This document shows positions 26,835 to 49,601 of a stretch of DNA of 52,580 nt, one piece after another. Both the position numbers and the translations under genes were made by a program. How positions within the stretch are numbered: position 1 is the first letter of the stretch; the number at the start of each line of letters is the position of its first letter. Under the pieces are notes generated by a model. That model saw only the letters and a list, made by a program, of their open reading frames with translations. It searched no databases and was not told where the DNA came from. Source of the stretch: Macrostomum lignano (taxonomy: Eukaryota); the NCBI GenBank assembly GCA_002269645.1, contig NIVC01001930.1:1-52580 (forward strand), read 5' to 3'.

Positions 26835-28080
26835 AGAACGTTATGCAAATACTAACACAAATTCTCTTCGAGTGAAAGTCACACGAAGCAGCTATGACAT
26901 AATCAAATACTCAGGCAGTCAGCATCAGTCTCAATTAAAGTTAGCAATATGGTTACGCAATTTCTGTCTTTCAACTTGGCACAGTGTTTTCAACTTGTTG
27001 TGATGCAATCTTTATCAAAATCAGAATTCAGTCAGTCGGTTTTTTCTCTAGCATTCTTACAGCGCATTTCAAGTCGAAAGAGCTGCTTGACCTTTGCAAA
27101 AAAGCATGTTTTTCGAATATTTAATCCCTTTAGCATTGAAGCAGATTAAAGAAATTTTAACCGTCTTCTTTCCAGACAATTTTAAATCTTTTGGCGAAAA
27201 CGCGATCAAAATCGGTGAAGAATTGCAATCTCTAGAGCGTTATGGACATTCATTCATTCAAGCATACAAACCTTAGAGATTTAGTATATTTAGACTAGCT
27301 AATTAGAGCTGGCTGCCAGCAGCCAGAATAAATTTTTATTGCCCCCCTTTAAGTGAGGCCCAGTGAGTTTTCTTATCAGTTGGCTCTGGCGCAATCAATT
27401 AAAATTGACTGTGAAGTTTCTCGCTGATAAAATTTGCATTGAAAAAGCCCATTTAAAACAGTTTTTCGAATATTTAATCCCTTTAGCATTGAAGCAGATA
27501 CAAGAAATTTTAACTGTCTTCTTTCCAGACAATTTTGAATCTTTTGGCAAAAACGCGATCAAAATCAGTGAAGAATTGCTCTCTCTAGAGCGTTATGGAC
27601 ATTCATTCAAACATACAAACCTTAGAGATTTAGTATATGTAGACTAGAGCGTTATGGACACTCAAGCATACAAACAAATATTAGAGATTTAGTATATTTA
27701 GATTTAGAAGACTAGCTAATTAGAGCTGGCTGCCAGCAGCCAGAATAATGTTTTTATTGCCCCCCTTTAAGTGGAGCGGAGTGAGTTTTCTTATCAGTTG
27801 GCTCTGGCGCAATCAATTAAAATTGGCAGTGAAGTTTCTCGCTGATAAAATTTGCATTGAAAAAGGCCATTTAAAACAGTTTTTCGAATATTTAATCCCT
27901 TTAGCATTGAAGCAGATTAAAGAAATTTTAACCGTCTTCTTTCCAGACAATTTTGCATCTTTTGGCGAAAACGCGATCAAAATCGGTGAAGAATTGCAAT
28001 CTCTAGAGCGTTATGGACAAGCAAGCAAGCATACAAATATTAGAGATTTAGTAGATTTAGAAGATTTAGAAGACTGGCTG
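24689..28080 (+). mobile_element. Tandem Helitron/HINE-like units: 401-bp units (24689, 26308, 26709) and diverged units of about 350-420 bp (27110-28080)
   Basis: Identical ORFs at 26548 and 26949 (offset 401). Repeated AAAATCGGTGAAGAATTG...TTAGAGATTTAGTATATTTAG|ACTAGCTAAT junctions at 27294 and 27711. Confidence 0.55.
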
Positions 28081-28379
28081 TCTGTTTGTCTGAATAAATA
28101 TTTTCCAAGCTAACCAGTTCAATTCAACCTGTGTGCCTACCTATAATATACCGTCTCCTAATATAAATAGCATCTGCCCACGCCACGCTAAGAATCTGAG
28201 TGGTGCACTTTTTTAGTGAAAATTTTCCTGGAAAATCCACGAAATATTTGGCGTTAGCCAATGTACAAGTGTGCATTTGGCTAATTTTAGCAATGTACAG
28301 TCCCAGCAGTTTGTACGGGTCAACTTTTCGTCCTCGAATGTACAACCAACTGCAGATCTCGGAACTGTCACGTCAAGTC

Positions 28380-28432
28380 TATAAATAGAATCATGAATTG
28401 CCGCGTGCTAGGCATAAAATCATTCTATTTAG
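28380..28432 (+). promoter_or_regulatory. Candidate TATA box (TATAAATA, 28380) and pyrimidine-rich AG acceptor (28431-28432) upstream of the Ubl-domain gene
   Basis: Motif match only. Confidence 0.25.
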
Positions 28433-28508
28433 TCCTCTCGTGGCGATTCCGTTGGTTTTACTAGCAGCTTCTTTTTGCGCCAGCATCGAAGCAACTTCAA
28501 CAATCGGC

Positions 28509-32846
<4,338 letters not shown>

Positions 32847-32935
32847 TCAGTTACTCAATGCAATTCGCTTTATTAATAAGCTTCATTCGTTTGACTGTTT
32901 CTAATTAGTTCTGCCTGCACCGACAACTTCATGCC

Positions 32936-33160
32936 AACTTTATCTGGCCAATTAGGCTGACCCAATCCACTTTATCTGGCCAATTAGGCTGACCCAATCA
33001 ACTTTATCTGACCAATTAGGCTGACCCTATCAACTTTATCTGGCCAATTAGGCTGACCCAATCCACTTTATCTGGCCAATTAGGCTGACCCCGTCAACTT
33101 TATCTGGCCAATTAGGCTGACCCAATCAACTTTATCTGGCCAATTACGAGCTAGGCTGAC
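32936..33160. repeat. 32-bp minisatellite (ACTTTATCTGGCCAATTAGGCTGACCCAATCA), about 7 copies
   Basis: TATCTGG at 32941 and 32973. Confidence 0.93.
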
Positions 33161-33674
33161 CCATCAGTTGATGCTATGCAAACCCCTAAAGACAAAACAC
33201 ATCCTATATTAATGCATAAACAATATATTAATAACGTTTGCAAACTAAAAGATCCCGGTTTTTTGTAGAACTTGTCATACTATCATTATTTTCTGTAATA
33301 ATTAACCTAAAATTTTTTTTAAATCAATACGCTAAACTACTTTTATTGTTTCTTGTTAAAAAATGGTTACTTTTTCAACTAACTCATTAAATACACTTAA
33401 AAAACCATCCGCTTCCTTTTATATAAAAAGCCTTGCTGTTTGCTAAGTGGCTAAATTTCAAAAGCTTCAGCTTAGTTAAACAAAGATGAGCAATCTAAAG
33501 AACGCAGGCAGATAAAAAAGGATTTGCTTGAATCCGTGGCTTTTTCCAAATCCTCTCCGTTCCCGTCCCGTATTATTGGGTAATTAGATCTCGTCCTGCT
33601 GATATTACCTGTCTGTCAGGATTCCTGTCATGGTAAACAGGTGTCTGTTTTACTGTCAGATGTCATCCAAAATG

Positions 33675-34015
33675 TCAGTCATACTGTCAAGAGCCTGTCA
33701 TACTGTCAAGAGCCTGTCATACTGTCAAGAGCCTGTCATACTGTCAAGAGCCTGTCATACTGTCAAGAGCCTGTCATAGTGTCAAGAGCCTGTCATACTG
33801 TCATGAGCCTGTCATACTGTCAAGAGCCTGTCATACTGTCATGAGCCTGTCATACTGTCAAGAGCCTGTCATACTGTCAAGAGCCTGTCATAGTGTCAAG
33901 AGCCTGTCATACTGTCAAGAGCCTGTCATACTGTCAAGAGCCTGTCATACTGTCAAGAGCCTGTCATACTGTCAAGAGCCTGTCATACTGTCAAGAGCCT
34001 GTCATACTGTCAAGG
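33675..34015. repeat. 19-bp minisatellite (CTGTCATACTGTCAAGAGC), about 18 copies
   Basis: Direct reading; the 19-aa periodic ORFs correspond to three units. Confidence 0.96.
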
Positions 34016-34252
34016 CTAGATCATGCCGTAGAGGTTCTGCGGTGCTCAATCGGTGCATTCGGCAAGTTGTTGCTTGCTCCAATCAGAGCAGCTATCGGCC
34101 AGGGAGCTCAAACCGAGTTGGACGGAGAAGGCCCTTTAAAACTGTCGCTATCTCTCTGTTCTTAGCCTCGCTTCCGAGAGCTGAGATCCCGTTGAGCAAT
34201 CCGGACCTTCTGTAACTGCATAGAGCTCACTATACGAGTATAATCATCAGAA

Positions 34253-41970
<7,718 letters not shown>

Positions 41971-42201
41971 ATGCGCAACGTTTCCAACTATAAGGTCATG
42001 GGATGAGCGTCATAAAGTGCATTCCTTGATATGACCAAAAATACCTAACACGATTTTGTAAATTTTTGCTCCCAGAATCCTGTTGACTGTATTTGGTAAG
42101 AATATGACCTTTTATGTTTTTTTCGCACTGCTAGTGGCCACCCAAAATAGTTTAGGATAGGAGGGTGCTGTTTTAATAAGTAGAGTGCTGTAGAGACAGG
42201 A

Positions 42202-42410
42202 GACTTAGACTTAGACTTAGCTGCAGGGGGCTCCGTGCGTCCGGAAACAGTGAGGAGGCGTTGCCGCCCATTTTGCTAGCCCCTGGCGACCACGGGCAGC
42301 TAGCGCTGCGGTGTCGCGCAGGGAGTTCCGGTGGCGCCGGTGTCCGCAGCGCGGTCCCCCTCCGGAGAGTCCAGGAGGTGGATTGTCGCTCGCCCGGTAG
42401 CCCTTAGGCA
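42202..42410 (-). mobile_element. LINE 3' end fragment of the same family as 9150-9310, with a (CTAAGT)n tail
   Basis: The reverse complement matches GCTACCGGGCGAGCGACAATCCACCTCCTGGACTCTCC...CAGGGGCTAGC-AAATGGGCGGCAACG. CTTAGA repeats occur at 42203-42220. Confidence 0.8.
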
Positions 42411-43411
42411 GCGCAGTATAGGTAGCGCCAATGCTGTACGCAGGCACACACTCATACACCGCTCACACAGGGTGTACACTGGCCTTTTGACTCTCTAATC
42501 GCCAGGCATGTACAGTCTCTGTGCCTTGGGGGTTGGCTCTGATGGGTGTGACTCGCACAACAAATTTTCGAGCATAAAAGCCTTAAATGAATAATTGCGC
42601 ACGTTTCTTAGTGTATTTTCTGTACTGATTTAGGCTTATAATTTACCGCCTGACTCGTCTCAGGTGAAATCAAATCTATGTAAAAAAACTCGCAATTCGT
42701 TGGTTTTAGCTAATTATAATACTTTGTGTGCACCCTGCACCCGCACTTTAAGCGACATTGTCACACAACCGGCGAGAGGCATTGCTGCCCATTCCGCCGA
42801 CTCCCCTGAGCAGGCGCACAAGCGCGCGGATACGTACGCAGTCATACGCACGCAGGCACACACTCACACAGGACAGGAGTGTACAGCAGCCCTGACTTTA
42901 TTTACCGATAGGTATGTACACTTCATTGTGCCTTGAGGGTTGGCCCCCAAAAGCGTTAATCCCCCTATTACATCCCCGAATTCCCAAAACCCCCTATCTA
43001 GGCACAAATAGACTGATTTCATTGTAGTATTTTCTTAATTGCATTTTGTTTAATAAAGTTGCGATAACCCCTGCTTGATTGAAGCTGTTTGTGTAAGCTT
43101 GAAAAAACTTCTTTGATCAACCCAAGACCGCTAGAAAAATCCGATTCTAAGAAAATCGAGCTTAGCGTCCTTTTTCTTCAGCTGGCCATGGCTGCCACTC
43201 CACCTTCCAGTTCCGGTTAGCTCTCGGTTTTGTTTAAAAAAAATGTTGAGAAAACACAAATAGAACTATAATCTTGTTGATTAATCAGAGCAGCACAACA
43301 AACGGATGAAAGTGTTCGATGAGTGAGATAGTATGACGTGTTTACTCTGTATCAGCGGCCAGTTGCTGCGCTGGGGTCAGTTCCGCATTCGAATTCCCAG
43401 TGCCGGCCAGA

Positions 43412-46400
43412 TCAAAGGTCGCAGGACGGCTGGATGTCTCCTGCAAAACAAAAATTTTATTCTTTGTTGGTCAGAATGTAAAATTAGTTTCCAGCTAGGC
43501 ATCCATTGCTCACTGCTTATTATTATTATTATTATTTATTACACCTGCCCCAAATGGGCAGATGTGCAACCGACAGCTCAGCCGCAGCTATTGCGCGGCG
43601 CATCTGAAGGCTGCGTACGGCTGTTCAGTCCAAGGACTGGGGGGTCGCCACGCACCCTCAATTACCCCAGCTAATGCTGGCACCCATTTTACAGCTGGGT
43701 GAACTGAAGCAATGCAGAGTTAAGTGTCTTGCTCAAGGATACAAACTGTTCCGAGTGGATCGGGAAACGAACCTCCGACCTTTCAGTCGTGAGTCCGACG
43801 CTCTGACCACTAGGCTGCAACCACTAGGCAACTGCTTCAAGCTCTACATCATCTAAGTACTGTGTAGCCTTCCCCATCGCAAAAAGTTCTGTCTATTTTT
43901 ATCACTTCATCAGCGCTTTGAAGACACGAGGCAATTGTTTTGTTGCGATAAACTTTGCGACTGGGTTGTCGCGCTAATTTATGGCTGTAAATTCATGACT
44001 GCCCTTTGTCAGAAATTTTTGCAGCACAATTTCCGAAGCCTTGCATTTAATTTTTTTCTACTATTCTCTTTAACTTACACAGTTCACCTTCTCACTCTTA
44101 ACTACAAGGTAGCACTGTCTCCTCGATCCCTCCCTACCTCCGCCTCACCTCCATCCCATCCCCCGCCTTCCTTAGACCATCCATTCAAGCTTCGCATCAC
44201 TCTTAAACATCTACCTAATCGTCAGACCTATCCCCTCTACCTAATCCTCAAACTCTCCCCCATCCCTCAAATCCCCAGACTCTCCCCCACCCCTCTAATC
44301 CTCAGACCCTCCCCCATCCCTCAAATCCTCAGACTCTCCCCCATCCCTCAAATCCTCAGACTCTCCCCCATCCCTCTAATCCTCAGACTCTCCCCCATCC
44401 CTCTAATCCTCAAACTCTCCCCATCCCTCTAACCCTCAGACTCCAACCTGGAAGTCTCGCTGTCCCATCCGCTTACTCCCTCAACTCCCGTGCGATGTTA
44501 CCCTCTCTCAACCGGAAGCAGTCCGGGCCCTGCCAGGCTGCCAGGCCGGCAGAACGGCCGCCCCGCAGACAGCCGGTCAGGAAGGCTTCGATGCAGGCGT
44601 CCTGCGGCAGCAGCACCCGAGTCAGCTGGTCCATCTCCTTCTCATCCAGCCAGCTGCGGGGCGCGGAGACGCGAATTGAAAATTTTCATTTGAAAAATAT
44701 TTTCCTAACCAATTCTTGGATTGCTCGAATCCAGTCGAGTAGCAACTTTTTTAGTTTTCAAAGTACCGAATGCCTCACAGACTAATGCGGAATCGAGTGC
44801 TTGACTCTGCAGGTACGTCGGTAATTAGCAAAGCATAAAATATTTATTTTTCGTGTCTCACCCTCACCCCACCCCACCCCATGATCTCACTAGGTCAAAG
44901 AGCACTATACACCTGGACTGGAAGTCGTCCCGCATCCCACCCATGATCTCACTAGGTCAAAGAGCACTATACACCTGGACTGGAAGTCGTCCCGCACCCC
45001 ACCCCATGATCTCACTAGGTCAAAGAGCACTATATACACCTGGACTGGAAGTCGTCCCGCACCCCACCCCAATATCTCACTAGGTCAAAGAGCACTATAC
45101 ACCTGGACTGGAAGTCGTCCCGCACCCCACCCCAATATCTCACTAGGTCAAAGAGCACTATACACCTGGACTGGAAGTCGTCCCGCATCCCACCCCAATA
45201 TCTCACTAGGTCAAAGAGCACTATACACCTGGACTGGAAGTCGTCCCGCACCCCACCCCAATATCTCACTAGGTCAAAGAGCACTATACACCTGGACTGG
45301 AAGTCGTCCCGCACCCCACCCCAATATCTCACTAGGTCAAAGAGCACTATACACCTGGACTGGAAGTCGTCCCGCATCCCACCCCAATATCTCACTAGGT
45401 CAAAGAGCACTATACACCTGGACTGGAAGTCGTCCCGCATCCCACCCAATATCTCACTAGGTCAAAGAGCACTATACACCTGGACTGGAAGTCGTCCCGC
45501 ATCCCACCCCAATATCTCACTAGGTCAAAGAGCACTATACACCTGGACTGGAAGTCGTCCCGCATCCCACCCCAATATCTCACTAGGTCAAAGAGCACTA
45601 TACACCTGGACTGGAAGTCGTCCCGCATCCCACCCCACGATCTCACTAGGTCAAAGAGCACTATACACCTGGACTGGAAGTCGTCCCGCACCCCACCCCA
45701 ATATCTCACTAGGTCAAAGAGCACTATACACCTGGACCGGAAGTGGGTCTAGCTTCACACTGCTGCATTTAATTTCAAAGTGATGCTACTCGAGTTTTGA
45801 ACACTCGACTGAATTAAGAAGGCTTCTCGTCCAGATATACTGGTACAGAAGTCTCTGTGACCCACTATGCAACCTGCTGCTCACCCGTTTATGTCGGAGT
45901 CCAGCAGGCAGAACCACATGGACGGAATGCGGTTATCGAACTGCACAGTCTCCACGGGGTAGAAGTTCAGCAACTCGACCGTTCTGCGGGCCCGGTGCGA
46001 CAGTGGGGCGAAGACCAGCAGCTCGTTGGTGTACAGGCCGTTGGTGTACTCATCTGCCTCGAAGTCGTGCAGCGACACCATCGACTCGGACTGTTTGCAG
46101 CAGGGCAGGTTCAGTGATGAGCTGACTGGCTCAGCCCCGTTCTCCTCTCTCGTCTCCTCTCCTCTCTCCTCTCCTCTCATCTCCTCTCCTCTTCTCTCTC
46201 CTCTCCTCTCCTCTCTCCTCTCCTCTCCTCTCTCCTCTCCTCTCATCTCCTCTCCTCTTCTCTCTCCTCTCCTCTCCTCTCTCCTCTCCTCTCTCCTCTC
46301 CTCTCCTCTCCTCTCCTCTCCTCTCCTCTCCTCCTCTCCTCTCTCTCTCCTCTCCTCTCCTCTCCTCTCCTCTCCTCTCCTCTCTCCTCTCCTCTCCTCT

Positions 46401-49400
46401 CCTCTCCTCTCCTCTCCTCTCTCTCCTCTCCTCTCCTCTCCTCTCTCCTCTCCTCTCCTCTCCTCTCTCCTCTCCTCTCTCCTATCTCCTTTCGTCTCTT
46501 CTCCCTCTTTTTACATGCAGTCTCTCCTGTCTGTAGCTATCCTCCTTTTATTCCTTTTCTTTCAGGTTGTAGAGCAGCTTTCCACTTTAAAATCCTATTG
46601 CTGTGCTTCCGGAGTAGCCAGCAAATCCGCCTGCTCACCAGTTTCAGAGTGAGTGCGTAGCTCAACCAGGCGGCCAGTCTGCTGCTGTAATTGTCGCACT
46701 GAGGATCCGACAGCGGCCGGGCTGCGACTGTTTCAGCTGGCAAAGATGCAATAAAAACAAAGGGAAGTTGCTGAATGTCTGGTTGTTCGAGTGAAACTCT
46801 TCGTTAATATTCTACTGTTTATGCTAGGGCACTTTAAGTAAGCATTTTCCAAATTAGCATAATCCCCTGGTTACAGAATTTATAACCCTTATTTATGGAA
46901 CAGCTGGATGCTTCTGTTCTGCACAAAAGTTCGTTGGACTCCGGATCGGTTGTCCTAAACACAAAAATACTGTATAGCGAGGCAATCAAAGTCCGCCTGA
47001 TATAAATGAACAATCCCGACTCGGTGTTCTATGTCTATGGCAAAAATACATCCCGGGAAACGCTATCGTAGGGAACTTTATGACGAAAACCTGACTGTGC
47101 GTTTTATAAAGTCACTAAACACTACGAGGGAACTCTCCTCTCCTCTCTCCTCTCCTCTCTCTTTCTCCTCGCCGCTCCTCTCTCCTCTCCTCTCCTCTCT
47201 CCTCTCCTCACCTCGTATCGCTTTTGAAGATCTACGACGCAAATGGGAATTCGGACAGTCAAAGCAGGACGCCATAGACATTCAAGCCAGACCACAGACT
47301 TGGGCTGCTTGGGAATACACAACCTTAGAATGTGGAATGAACAATCAAAATGGGAATTCGCCCAAATTTAATGTATTTGCGATTCGGAATGCGGTTGCTT
47401 TCTTGATTTGCAAGATTCTTGCAGCCCCTGCGATGGATGGCCCTCTGTTCAATCGCATCAGTCAGCTGCTGACAGATCTGCTACAGGAATTGGTGGCGCC
47501 ATTGAATTGGGTCGCTTTCAGGCCAAAGACGAGCAAACATGGGAGGGAGGGACAGAGAGCTATAAAATCTCAGTCCGATTCCCGTATTGAATGCCTAAAG
47601 TTATAGTCTATGGCCAAGCTTCCCTCAGTAGACTTTGCTTAACTGCTTAAGTCCATGACTAGGGTGAGATCGGTGGGCTGGCTTGAATGTCTATGGCGTC
47701 CCGTTTTGATTGTCCAAATTCCATTTAGATGGTCAAAAGCGATACTGTTACAACGGGCTAGGTTTTAAGATAAACTATAATGTTCTCAGATGATGTTGAA
47801 ATAGGTTTGAGATTTCACATGTCTCACAACTGGTCGCCCTGGAGAATCCGGCCGTTCTCCGGCATGCGCTGTACATGAGAATGTAGTCCTTCTCCACGCC
47901 CTGGTGTTGGCAGTCCCCACTGCGGCTTTTGCACAGGCATTGGTCGCGGAAGAAATGACACCTGGACTGATACTCGAAACCTTTCTTTGTGCAAACCTGC
48001 TTGGGTTAGGGTGGTTCAATCATGATATGCTACTGACAGCAGGCTCCAATGCTACTTTCTTTATAATTACTGAGATAACCTTAAAAAACTGCTGCACTAT
48101 TTTAACGTACTAATCAGCTAGCTACCGAAAAACGTTTTGACGATTATTACCGGAGATTGATGTTTTTTGGTGAGTAGCTGTGCTTAGTACAAGGACCACT
48201 GAAGTTTACACTGATACTTATATTATTAATACAGTTACTATATATGGAGTCCCCTATGAAAGTATCTGAATTCTAAACTAAGATCTAACTAAATTGTTTT
48301 AGTTTTTATTTGACTTAATATTTCCAACAGAAGTATACATGTACTTTTAAATGCGGTAAAAAACTGCAGGTATAATTCCAGGAAATCGCACCAACCCGAG
48401 ACTCGTGCCCAGTCGTCCGGCAGGTCCGTTTACATATGCACTGCTCATCCAGGCACTCCTGGCTGAACAGGTCGCAGGTCTTGGTGCATGCAGATCGAGC
48501 AGGAACTGGAACGGCATCGAGAAAGGTTGATTGCCATCTGCTATCTTGGATGTGGTAGTTCGAGGAATGTTTCTACGAGTACGAGCGTAGTAGTACAGAC
48601 TACTCAAGTAGAATGACTAAGTTTATTCGAAATTTTAGGAGGCCGGGTTTTACCAGGCCGGGTTTTACCGTAAAAATACATTACGGAGATAGGAGATTTT
48701 CATCTTCATTTACGGAGATAGGACATATTAAAAGATGAACATTGGGTCTGCCTCCTGTAAAAAAGTAACAATTTTTGTGCTGAAAAATGAAAATCTCCTA
48801 TCTCCATAATGTATTTTTACGGAAAAACCTGGCCTCCTAAAATTTTCTTTGAATTATTTGAATTCTTAGAAACTTGAGTAGTCTTTGAATAGTGATCCGG
48901 TGTTTATTGCTTGAGCAGTCGGCTTATGGCTAATTTGAACCCAGCAAATCCAGATATATGATCAAGATAGACAGATAATTAGCATGCTGTGCAGCTGCTG
49001 GTGAGAGCCGCAAAACTCTTAGGAGGACTAAACAAATGAAAAAAATTATTGTACTCAATAGAATTACCCAATGACGTCATGCATGTAATTGACTAGTGAC
49101 GCAGCCAGCTGCAATTTGAGCAGAGGGTGCAGCTACAGGACCATACCGCTCGATTTCAAGTGTGTCCGTAATTAGTGTTCAGGTGTGGTTTAAGGAATGC
49201 CTGCCTTTCTGGAGTGGCTCAGCGCTAACACTAACCTCCTAGATTTAAATTTGTGCTTTTTTGCTTATTTTGGGTCAGGCGCACGAAAATATGCCTGAAG
49301 CTTGTCGTGCGATTCTCGCCAATGAAGGCCAACCACCAAGGCACAGAAATTGTACATGGCTGACGTTGAGAAAGTCAGGGCTGCTGTACACCCTGTGGTA

Positions 49401-49601
49401 CATGGACGTAACTGCTTGCAGATCGACTGTCTCTTGATTTCCGGCAGTCTTCAGAACTTACGCGTAAAAGGTCTGTATTTTTGACGGAACGTATATGGGA
49501 TTCGTATGTACTACAGTAAGCTCACCGGCTGTACCGCGCAAGCTGAGCAACAGAAACAGCAGCAACAGCAGCAAGGACTGAACAGCCGGCACCGACGCCA
49601 T
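43412..49601 (-). CDS. SPARC: SPARC/osteonectin (BM-40) family protein, 279 aa. Exons 49526-49601, 48396-48505, 47828-47996, 46639-46736, 45885-46090, 44502-44653, 43412-43440.
   Basis: Signal peptide MASVPAVQSLLLLLLFLLLSLRGTA. Follistatin/Kazal region CTKTCDLFSQECLDEQCICKRTC...VCTKKGFEYQSRCHFFRDQCLC...DC...ILMYSAC with the invertebrate 12-Cys pattern. EC domain YSSRLAAWL, WFCLLDSDINGWLDEKE, LLPQDACIEAFLTGC and CFRLREGDIQPSCDL*. All phases are consistent over 840 nt. Confidence 0.88.
43517..43829 (-). mobile_element. tRNA-derived CORE-type SINE, second copy, in the last SPARC intron
   Basis: The reverse complement aligns with 32267-32565; (TAA)n tail; duplicated ACCACTAGGC at the head. Confidence 0.8.
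44250..44440. repeat. 27-bp minisatellite (CTCTCCCCCATCCCTCAAATCCTCAGA)
   Basis: 9-aa periodic ORF (LRLSPIPQI). Confidence 0.9.
44855..45740. repeat. 63-bp minisatellite, about 14 copies, in SPARC intron 5
   Basis: 21-aa periodic ORF (GGVRDDFQSRCIVLFDLVRYW). Confidence 0.97.
46140..46500. repeat. (CTCTC)n-type pyrimidine microsatellite in SPARC intron 4; a smaller copy lies at 47135-47215
   Basis: Direct reading. Confidence 0.95.
48637..48838. mobile_element. MITE-like element with terminal inverted repeats of about 50 bp, in SPARC intron 1
   Basis: Left arm AGGAGGCCGGGTTTTACC...GTAAAAATACATTACGGAGATAGGAGATTTTCAT pairs with right arm ATGAAAATCTCCTATCTCCATAATGTATTTTTACGGAAAAACCTGGCCTCCT. 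Flanks are GAAATTTT and AAAATTTT. Confidence 0.75.

Noticed and set aside
27363-28113. ORFs of 94 and 121 aa resembling a duplicated gene
   Set aside because: They coincide with the tandem Helitron-like units and show no recognisable protein motif.
44855-45740. CRISPR-like regular array
   Set aside because: The units are near-identical tandem copies with no unique spacers, there are no cas genes, and the context is a eukaryotic intron. The same applies to the 35-, 41- and 34-bp arrays.
47031-47606. 191-aa plus-strand ORF inside SPARC intron 3
   Set aside because: It is interrupted by a (CTCTC)n run and shows no recognisable domain; it is possibly decayed transposon sequence.
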